DNA of 32,511 nt from Oscillospiraceae bacterium (GTDB lineage Bacteria > Bacillota > Clostridia > Oscillospirales > Oscillospiraceae). Both the position numbers and the translations under genes were made by a program. A model generated the notes under the pieces. It did not search any database. It had not been told where the DNA came from and worked only from the letters and a program-made list of their open reading frames with translations. Below, piece after piece: positions 7,916 through 15,331 of this stretch. The stretch covers positions 1 through 32,511 of the forward strand of contig JAISKU010000100.1 of the NCBI GenBank assembly GCA_031261245.1, given 5' to 3'. The stretch's first letter is position 1, and each line of letters begins with the position of its first letter.

Positions 7916-8755
7916 ATGACAAGAAAGAAAAAATTCTTCGCCGCGATTAGCCTTATCGACAAAGAAGAGCGTGAAGCCATATCATATGCGTTCCATGAAT
8001 CCTGCGAGATTTCAGGCGGCTATGTTATGTCTGTCCACAATCCCGTTATGGCGTTCATTATGGACAAGGTGAAGCCCGATGAGGAGCTTGACCTGTACCT
8101 TATTCTGTGCCGGGGCGACTGCGCCAACGGAGCGTTATCCGGTTCTGCGGCGAGAAACGCGGACAACAAAATCAGCACCGCCGTCGCCAAACGCCTACAG
8201 GAAATTCTTGGCGCGGGAAACGGTCTGACTGTTGATTCCCCGGTAGTTTTTGACGGCGCCTCACAGGCTTCCGGCGACTGTGACTTAAATACCGTACGCG
8301 AGATGTTTCGCAAAAAGAACGGCGCGGACGCGGACTTCAGGTGTACCGTCCATCTCGTGGACGACAGCGACAGCGAGGGTAATACGCTCGGCAACAGCAG
8401 CAAGGCGTATATTCAGCTGCTTCGCAAGCTCATCAAGCTGATTGAAGACCACGACATTATCTATGTTGACACCACATATGGGTTTAAACCATTATCTGAA
8501 GTATGGAGAAATCTCTGCATATACGCTGTTCGCGCGAAAACCGGGGCGGAGGTCGGCGCGTTTTCATACGGCAGCCTATACGGCGTTACGAACGAGAACC
8601 CGACAATCTTCAACAACCGCGCCTTTTTGGTAATGGGCGATATAATGAGCAACGCCTACGACAACAAAACCACGGACACGATTATTAACGACTTGCTTGA
8701 GGATTTGCAGAACGACAACTGGGACGAGGATGATTTAGAGGACGAGGAGGTATAA
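7916..8755 (+). CDS. Stand-alone CARF-like (TM1812/Csx-type Rossmann) protein with a poly-acidic C-terminal tail
   Basis: 279 aa; AGGAG SD 9 nt upstream. Pattern: beta-1 KKFFAAISLI, then ELDLYLILC, then helix YIQLLRKLIKLIEDHD followed by IIYVDTTYGFKPLS. The last matches the CARF signature D[IV]T[HG]GF[RK]..P. Then AFSYGSL. Tail: NDLLEDLQNDNWDEDDLEDEEV. Confidence 0.55.
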   Translation: MTRKKKFFAAISLIDKEEREAISYAFHESCEISGGYVMSVHNPVMAFIMDKVKPDEELDLYLILCRGDCANGALSGSAARNADNKISTAVAKRLQEILGAGNGLTVDSPVVFDGASQASGDCDLNTVREMFRKKNGADADFRCTVHLVDDSDSEGNTLGNSSKAYIQLLRKLIKLIEDHDIIYVDTTYGFKPLSEVWRNLCIYAVRAKTGAEVGAFSYGSLYGVTNENPTIFNNRAFLVMGDIMSNAYDNKTTDTIINDLLEDLQNDNWDEDDLEDEEV

Positions 8756-8757
8756 TC

Positions 8758-9999
8758 GTGGGAGCAAGGGAGCAGTGGCTATCCGAACAGGATTGGGAAA
8801 CTGCACGGTCAAGAATAAATGAGGCGGCGAATGACGGAAAGTCTTCTGATGCTGTTCTGCCCTACTTTCTCAACGAAAACGGCGTACGGGTCGGAAGGCT
8901 TAAAGAATATTACGGCGTGACGCTTTGCGAAATCAAGACAATCAAAGGTGTTTTATTTTGCGAACCCGGGGACATGGTGTGTATCGTAAGCGATAAGCTG
9001 TCAAAATATAAAAAATACTTGAGTGACAAGGGCTGCGAAGCAAAGGAGTTTTTCGAGTATCTGTGCGGAGAATTTACGCCCCATCCGAAGTTCGCCATTA
9101 AGCGGGCCCACCTTGACATAAACAACGAGCTCACAGAAGTACAGGAGAAAGACTTTTCAAAAATACACAAATATCTGACGGAATTGGCGGGTACCGAAAA
9201 CACTGACGACCATAAGGAGCTTATTTCGGCGCTGCTGAATTCAGGGGACGCCGATGATGACCTACGCAAATTGGGAAAGCGGCTTGACGCGAAAAAAACG
9301 CTTACCGTCAAAAAGAAACTGCGCGAATATGAGTCCCTGCGGTTGTCGCCGTCATTGTCACTTGACAAAGAGCGCGGCGACGACATCACGTTGTACGATA
9401 CCTTGTCGAGTGATGACGAGTATGAAATAGAACAAGATGTTCAAAGCAATGACCATGTTTCGGCAAACCTAAACAATGATTTAAACAACCTGTTTGGCGC
9501 CAAGATTGAAAGGCGTGTTCTGGCGACAAAGTATCTAACGGAGAATATTATCAAGACCAGCCCAAATGTGTCAAACTATCGCAGAAAGTACGAACGCGAA
9601 CACGGCGGCAAATTGCCTGTTCTGAAATACTATGTCGTCAATTACAAAGGTGTCCGCAGCGCGCTGGAACAATGTTCAAAAAAAGAATTGTCAGAATATG
9701 CGCAAGTCGATTGTGTCAACCCAAAAAGCAAACGCGGCCTCTGCGCTGATTGTGACCCGCAATGCGAAACTTATTGCGAAGTGGATGCCAAAACAATAGC
9801 GACGGCATACGCAGTATCGGCCGGGAGATATATGGTTCAGGTCGCGTGTCATATATTCGCAAGCGGAAAAGTTCCGTCAAACAGGCAGTTGCAAGAGTTC
9901 GGCGATATTTCGGGATTATACAGCGTATCACCGCTTGACGATAGGATGATAAACAGTATGATTAAAAATCTCGCAAAAAAATATAAAATAAGGTGGTGA
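8758..9999 (+). CDS. Hypothetical Cys-rich 413-aa protein; possible HTH / sigma-70 region 3.2-4-like C-terminal half (weak)
   Basis: GTG start 2 nt after the preceding TAA, with GAGGAGG 8 nt upstream. Cys cluster: CVNPKSKRGLCADCDPQCETYC. The segment LSLDKERGDDITLYDTLSSDDEYE...LFGAKIERRVLATKYL resembles the sigma-70 SLD..TLxD linker plus region 4.1 (compare SigK in this window: VSLSDPIDTDREGNALTLIDLI). AKTIATAYAVSAGRYMVQVA resembles a region 4.2 HTH. I see no region 2. Confidence 0.35.
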   Translation: MGAREQWLSEQDWETARSRINEAANDGKSSDAVLPYFLNENGVRVGRLKEYYGVTLCEIKTIKGVLFCEPGDMVCIVSDKLSKYKKYLSDKGCEAKEFFEYLCGEFTPHPKFAIKRAHLDINNELTEVQEKDFSKIHKYLTELAGTENTDDHKELISALLNSGDADDDLRKLGKRLDAKKTLTVKKKLREYESLRLSPSLSLDKERGDDITLYDTLSSDDEYEIEQDVQSNDHVSANLNNDLNNLFGAKIERRVLATKYLTENIIKTSPNVSNYRRKYEREHGGKLPVLKYYVVNYKGVRSALEQCSKKELSEYAQVDCVNPKSKRGLCADCDPQCETYCEVDAKTIATAYAVSAGRYMVQVACHIFASGKVPSNRQLQEFGDISGLYSVSPLDDRMINSMIKNLAKKYKIRW

Positions 10000-10004
10000 G
10001 CGGA

Positions 10005-11429
10005 ATGTCAATATTCGCGGTATACGACACGACGGGTATCCAAGACTATGTGTTCGCGTCTGGGAAGTTCTCCGAGTGTAAAGGCGCGTCTAACCTTGTG
10101 CGATCAATTTTTGCGGACATTCTGCCAGGTGCCATGCCTCCCGGTAGCATCACCGATTGGAAGCCCCGCACGGACATACCGCTTGACCGCGCCGCGCCCG
10201 CCGAGCTCGTGTGCGCGGGCGGTGGCAACGCCTATGTGGTTTTCAAAGACGAGAACACTTTCCGGGACACAACGAAGCGGTTTCTCCGAGCCGTGCTTGA
10301 AAAGACTTGTGGGATGGGTATCGCGGTCGCGGCGGTTGAAACAAATCTTGCGAACTTTGCCGCCGATTATAAAGAGCTGCAGCGGCGCATATCGCTCACA
10401 AAGGGCAACGTCAACAGGACGCTCATAGCGGGAAGCCGGAACATCACGCAATCAACCGCGCAGACGAACGAGCCCGTCACGAGGGTCGTATTGCGCCACA
10501 ATAAATATGTAAGCCTGTCCGAGGGGCAGTATCTCAAAACAAAATATATTCCCAAGGATATTCCCAAGGGCGCAAGAGAGTTTGACGATCTGACGGATGC
10601 GGGCAACAACTTTATCGGCGTAATCCACGCGGACGGGAATAACATGAGCGACAAAATCAGGGCGTTTGTGGCGAGTGAAATTGACTGGAACAGTGCCGTG
10701 CCGAAGCTTCGCCGTATGTCAAAAAACATTTCGGCTTATTTCCAACTTGCCTATGAGAAAACCGTGAGCGGCTTTGATTTGCCGATAATCTCGCTCGTCA
10801 CGGACGGCGAGGACATGACATTTATAATACAAGGCAAATACGCCGTATCCTTCGCCGCGGAATATCTCAGAAATGTTGAACGCCTAAACAACGAAGCGGA
10901 TATTAAGCCGTTTGACGACGACGAAACAATAACCGCCTGCGCCGGCGTGGCGCTGTTCCACAGCCATTTTCCGTTCATTGAGGCGTACAAAATGGCGGAG
11001 GAACTGTGCTCAAGCGCGAAAAGCGCGGCGCGACGCGCGCCGGACACATCATACGTGGACTTCCATATCCACAGCACGGGTTTTGTGACAACCGTTAGCG
11101 AACATAGGGGTAACTATTATCCGAATGTCGGAAAAAACCTGTATTCTCGACCATTACGGATTGGCGGCGGTTTTGAGGATTTTGAACAACTGACGGCGTC
11201 GCTTTCGGGCGGCGATAAGTATCCGCGCACAAAACTGAAATCGCTGCGCTCCGCGCTGAATAATCACGCGGACGGCGATTTTACCGACGCGCGGGCGCTG
11301 ATCAAGTCGCTCGGTCTGTCGGACGAAATAAAACCCTCCAAAAGCGCCGAGGTTCACGAATACGCGCTGCTGAACGACGCGCTTGAATTTATGGATACCT
11401 ATGAACGTGTCGCCGGAGGTGTGGCATGA
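10005..11429 (+). CDS. cas10: Minimal Cas10-like subunit (two palm/cyclase-like domains, no HD domain, no Zn finger)
   Basis: ATG 10005 (GGTGGTGA SD); GTG 9993/9996 are alternatives. It opens with IFAVYDTTGIQDYVFASGKFSECKGASNLV, the GIQxFIF...GAS palm motif of Cas10. Then come ELVCAGGGNAYVVF (degenerate palm 1) and FIGVIHADGNNMS. SLVTDGEDMTFIIQG sits at the GGDD position. ITACAGVALFHSHFPFIEAYKMAEELCSSAK matches the SAGI...AK motif. YSRPL and a short helical C-terminus follow. Confidence 0.75.
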   Translation: MSIFAVYDTTGIQDYVFASGKFSECKGASNLVRSIFADILPGAMPPGSITDWKPRTDIPLDRAAPAELVCAGGGNAYVVFKDENTFRDTTKRFLRAVLEKTCGMGIAVAAVETNLANFAADYKELQRRISLTKGNVNRTLIAGSRNITQSTAQTNEPVTRVVLRHNKYVSLSEGQYLKTKYIPKDIPKGAREFDDLTDAGNNFIGVIHADGNNMSDKIRAFVASEIDWNSAVPKLRRMSKNISAYFQLAYEKTVSGFDLPIISLVTDGEDMTFIIQGKYAVSFAAEYLRNVERLNNEADIKPFDDDETITACAGVALFHSHFPFIEAYKMAEELCSSAKSAARRAPDTSYVDFHIHSTGFVTTVSEHRGNYYPNVGKNLYSRPLRIGGGFEDFEQLTASLSGGDKYPRTKLKSLRSALNNHADGDFTDARALIKSLGLSDEIKPSKSAEVHEYALLNDALEFMDTYERVAGGVA

Positions 11430-13489
11430 CGAATATAGAATTAGAACTATTGTCCGACACCCACGCGGGCGCGGGACTCGGCGCGTTCGGCGGTGTTGAC
11501 GCAGAAATATCGCTCGACAAATACGGTCTGCCCATTATCCCCGCGAAGCGCGTCAAGGGCCGTCTGAGCGAAGCCGGAGAGGAAATACTCTCGGTATTTC
11601 CGCAGTATTCGGACATTTTTCTTAGATTGTTCGGCGAAAAGGGCAGCGAAAAATCCGGCGAGCTGGAAATCCATACGGGAACGCTTTCAAAGCCCTATCC
11701 CGCCGAGGATTTGGTAAAGGAGATAAAGAGCGAGCGGTACACGCCGAGTCGGGTGACGGAGCTTTTTACATCACTCCGTACGAGCACCGCCGTGAGCGAG
11801 GATGACGGATTGATTCATCAGACGGACGAGAGCGCCCTGCGCGTAATCCGCGTTGCCGACAAGGGCTTAAAATTCCGGTTTGATGTTGAATGCCCTGATG
11901 ACGGAACGGAGTTTTTGGGGAAATGCTGTTTAGCGTTGCGGGACATAGGCGCCAATCGCACAAGAGGCCTCGGCGAGGTGAGGTGCAGGCTCGTCGTCTC
12001 CGACGAGACTGCGGAGGCGTCAATCGGCAAATTTGCGCCGCAGTCGGTCACGGAGCATTTGAAATGCGCGACATATTTCTTAGAGCTTACAGAACCGGTC
12101 GCGATTTCCGATGACTATATCCCCGGCTCGTTGATTTTAGGCAGCTTCTCAAGCGCATGGGTTAGGAAACATCCCGGCGTACCGCCGCATACAAGCCCCG
12201 AATTTCGCAGGCTGTTCCTTGACGGCGGCGTAAGCTTTCTCTCGGCGTATCCTCTCAGCGATAAGGGCAAGGTGCTCTATCCCGCCGAGCGCGGTATTCG
12301 CTCAAAAAAAGACGGCAACGAGATTAAAGACGCGAGCTTCGGCGACATTCCGGATGAATACACCAAAACCCTCACCGGGTTCGGATACAAAAGCGGCAGT
12401 AACTACCATCAGCTCGGCGGGGTATCGAGAGCCGTCGCCGCGCACCACGCCAGACCCTCGGACAAGTCGATCGGACACGCGGTGGAAAATGCCGGCGCGG
12501 AAAGCGGCGCGTTTTATAAATACGACGCGCTGGCGCAGGGCTTAAAATTTGTCGGCGGTATTGTCGGTTCTGACTCGGATTTAGAGATTATACATTCGCT
12601 CGCGGACGGAACCGTGCGGCTTGGGAAGTCGCGGAGCGCGCAATACGGAAACGTAAAATTTGACTGGACTGACTATGCGTTTTTAGAAAACGAAAAGCTC
12701 ACCGTAAAAAGCGATGAGAGTTTTAAGATTATTTTGCGTTCTCCTTTAATACTTACGGACGATGACGGTACCGTCTCACCCGACCCGAAACTGCTGCTTG
12801 ACGCTTTGAATCTCGGCGGTTGCTCTCTCGTGAAGGTGTTTTGCTCGGCGGCAGTCGCGGCAGGCTATAACTCAAAGTGGCTCCTGCCGCGCACGCAGGA
12901 GTTCGCGCTTGCGGGCGGAAGTGTGATTGTCGCAAAAAATGAAAGCGGAAAAGATATTGCGCTTGATTCTGTCGAAAACTTTGTTGGCTTACGCAGGGGC
13001 GAGGGCTTCGGGCATGTTTTTATCGAAAAGCTTACAGACTCAAGGCTGACTCACAAGCAGCCTGCAAAACAGGACACCGTAAGCATTGGCTCCGCTAAAA
13101 CCCGGCATCTCAAAGAATTAATACTGAAACAGCAAGTATTATCACGCGTACAGTACGCTGTCGAGCAGAGCAAAGCAACGAATGTTACCAACTCACAGCT
13201 CGGCAGACTTCGCGGGTACCTGTCCGTGTGTGACAGCTTTGACAGTTTGGCCGAAAAGCTGAACAGCGTGGCTTGGAAGCAGACAAAGGACCGCGAAAAT
13301 ATCCAAAAATTCATCTTCGACCAAAAGGCCGAGGACGGCGACATTTTGAGTTTACTCAAACAAAAAGCCGAAAGCGTTGTCGAATCCGATATCTGGCGAC
13401 TGCTTGACGAAAGAGCGCGGTACTATTGGTTCAAGACATATCTGATTATGCTGATACGCAGACGCAAAGGAGAGAAGGAGGGACAGTAA
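11426..13489 (+). CDS. Fused RAMP protein, Cas7-Cas5-Cas11-like (type III-D variant style large fusion subunit)
   Basis: 687 aa; ATGA overlap with cas10. The N-terminal RAMP has GLPIIPAKRVKGRLSEA and the G-rich loop GANRTRGLGEV. A second RAMP-like unit has YIPGSLILGSFSS ... LGKSRSAQYGNV, followed by VGLRRGEGFGHV. The C-terminal helical part with NVTNSQLGRLRGYLS resembles the Cas11 (Csm2/Cmr5) SQLR motif. Confidence 0.7.
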   Translation: MTNIELELLSDTHAGAGLGAFGGVDAEISLDKYGLPIIPAKRVKGRLSEAGEEILSVFPQYSDIFLRLFGEKGSEKSGELEIHTGTLSKPYPAEDLVKEIKSERYTPSRVTELFTSLRTSTAVSEDDGLIHQTDESALRVIRVADKGLKFRFDVECPDDGTEFLGKCCLALRDIGANRTRGLGEVRCRLVVSDETAEASIGKFAPQSVTEHLKCATYFLELTEPVAISDDYIPGSLILGSFSSAWVRKHPGVPPHTSPEFRRLFLDGGVSFLSAYPLSDKGKVLYPAERGIRSKKDGNEIKDASFGDIPDEYTKTLTGFGYKSGSNYHQLGGVSRAVAAHHARPSDKSIGHAVENAGAESGAFYKYDALAQGLKFVGGIVGSDSDLEIIHSLADGTVRLGKSRSAQYGNVKFDWTDYAFLENEKLTVKSDESFKIILRSPLILTDDDGTVSPDPKLLLDALNLGGCSLVKVFCSAAVAAGYNSKWLLPRTQEFALAGGSVIVAKNESGKDIALDSVENFVGLRRGEGFGHVFIEKLTDSRLTHKQPAKQDTVSIGSAKTRHLKELILKQQVLSRVQYAVEQSKATNVTNSQLGRLRGYLSVCDSFDSLAEKLNSVAWKQTKDRENIQKFIFDQKAEDGDILSLLKQKAESVVESDIWRLLDERARYYWFKTYLIMLIRRRKGEKEGQ

Positions 13490-14793
13490 TGAGCGAAAAA
13501 CTCACGGTTAAGCGTGTTTATGCCGTTTGTAAAATGCGGCTTGAAGCACCGGCGCTCATTGGCACGTCCGAAGATATTGAGCGCGACCGCGATGTCGCGC
13601 TTAACAAGGACGGCAACCCGTTTATCCCCGGCACGACATTAGCGGGTATTTTGAGAAGCTCCCTGACCGTCAGCGATGCGGACACGCTGTTCGGCAAACG
13701 TATAAGAGCTAAGGGCGATGAAATCAAACAAAGTCCGCTATGGGTTTACGATGCAGAGATCTTTAACGGGCAGATTATCACTATCGATAATGTGTCGCTT
13801 GATGAAAATCAGAGAAACGCGAAAATACCTGAAAATCCGGAACTCGACCACATGAATAAATCTGCTAAAAACGAAGCGAAATTTGATATGCAGGCCGTGG
13901 ACAAAGGTGCGGAGTTCGACCTCCGTTTGTGTCTGATTGTTCGCGATGGCGACACAAAAACAGAGATTTTGCTCGCTCGTCTGCTTGAGACGCTGAACAA
14001 CCTCTACGTCGGCGGAAAAACCTCTCGCGGATTCGGTAAGTTGTCTTGCTTCGGTGTTTACAAACACGCTTTTGACTTCACGGGCGCGGATAAACAATCA
14101 CAGATGGACGCGTGGCTCGCATTTGAAGATTGGAAAACGCTTGAAACGGATGAGTACAGGCAAGACCTCGTGTTTATACCGCCGGTAGGTGTTTCGACGC
14201 TTTCCGCCAAATTGACGCTGAACGGCGCCGTGCTTGTCCGCGACATATATTCCGTTGAGGATGACGAGGACTTTGCGCACACTAAAAGCGCGGGATCTTC
14301 CGTGATATACGGCACATCGTGGGCAGGCGCGCTACGCGGTGGTTTGGCGCGGTTGTTCAAGTCAAACGGATATGAGAGCGCCGAAGCTTTCCTTGACAGC
14401 GTGTTCGGCAGACAGTATGGCGATAAGGCCGTAACCGAACCGTCGAAAATCCGCGTTGACGCGTCATATATCAGCGGCGGCGAACGGCTGATATACTCGC
14501 GCAATAAGATAGACCGGTTCACCGGCGGCACTGCAAATACTGCGCTGTTTACTAACCGTCCGCATTTCGGCGGTAAGACAATACTCACTGTACAATTCAA
14601 AACAGCCGATGTCGCTATAAGAGAGCTGTTGCTGCTTGCGCTTGACGCCCTGAACAAGGGACTAATTACGCTCGGCGGCGAAACCTCAATCGGGCGCGGA
14701 GTGTTCACCGTTGGTCGCGTATCCCTTGATGGTCAGAAAGCTCAATTCGGCGCTAAACCGACCGCGTTAAAGGAGGCGCTATCGCATGTTTGA
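13489..14793 (+). CDS. Fused double Cas7 (Csm3-like x2) RAMP protein
   Basis: ATG 13489 overlaps the preceding stop (TAATG), with AAGGAGAGAAGGAGG upstream. Unit 1 has DRDVALNKDGNPFIPGTTLAGILRS ... GGKTSRGFGKL. Unit 2 has SVIYGTSWAGALRGGL ... LGGETSIGRGVF. Confidence 0.75.
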   Translation: MSEKLTVKRVYAVCKMRLEAPALIGTSEDIERDRDVALNKDGNPFIPGTTLAGILRSSLTVSDADTLFGKRIRAKGDEIKQSPLWVYDAEIFNGQIITIDNVSLDENQRNAKIPENPELDHMNKSAKNEAKFDMQAVDKGAEFDLRLCLIVRDGDTKTEILLARLLETLNNLYVGGKTSRGFGKLSCFGVYKHAFDFTGADKQSQMDAWLAFEDWKTLETDEYRQDLVFIPPVGVSTLSAKLTLNGAVLVRDIYSVEDDEDFAHTKSAGSSVIYGTSWAGALRGGLARLFKSNGYESAEAFLDSVFGRQYGDKAVTEPSKIRVDASYISGGERLIYSRNKIDRFTGGTANTALFTNRPHFGGKTILTVQFKTADVAIRELLLLALDALNKGLITLGGETSIGRGVFTVGRVSLDGQKAQFGAKPTALKEALSHV

Positions 14794-15331
14794 CGAAAAA
14801 ATCGGCAACAAATTCGGAAACAATAAGGCGTGGGCCGTCTGTACTATGTACCACGGTGTGATCATCGGCAAATGGGACGGTAAACGCCTGAATTTTCATA
14901 AAGACGCGGAGTTCTCAGAGGATTGCGTCACGGAAATGCGCGTATTTAACAACGACGCGGAGCTGCGCTTTGTTAAGACAGACGGCGGTATAAAAGAGCG
15001 CTATATCACGGATGGCGCAAATTCAGACGTATACGACAAAAAGTATCTCGTCTACGGTACGGATTACACGCCGGACAGCGGCGGAATATTCCTAACCGAA
15101 GAACGCGGCGGCAAGCTGTGGTTTCCCGCCGTACCGGAGTTTGCGGACGGAAAGGTAAACCTCTGGCTCGGTATCCGCAACTATTTGAAATACAACCCCG
15201 TGTCAATTGGTGATGACGATACAAAACGTCAGACAGGCAAACCCGCGCTTGAGGTCACTGATTATCGTTACTTTGGATTTTACGAGGGGTTATCGTCTGA
15301 CGGCACAGCTACGACGGAGGTTTTGCTATGA
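14786..15331 (+). CDS. Small type III-D-associated protein in the Csx19 position; identity based on position only
   Basis: 181 aa; overlaps the upstream gene by 8 nt (ATGTTTGA) and the downstream gene by 4 nt (ATGA). Its size and its place between the double-Cas7 and the insertion-Cas7 match where csx19 sits in described III-D variant loci. I recognise no motif. Confidence 0.4.
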   Translation: MFDEKIGNKFGNNKAWAVCTMYHGVIIGKWDGKRLNFHKDAEFSEDCVTEMRVFNNDAELRFVKTDGGIKERYITDGANSDVYDKKYLVYGTDYTPDSGGIFLTEERGGKLWFPAVPEFADGKVNLWLGIRNYLKYNPVSIGDDDTKRQTGKPALEVTDYRYFGFYEGLSSDGTATTEVLL

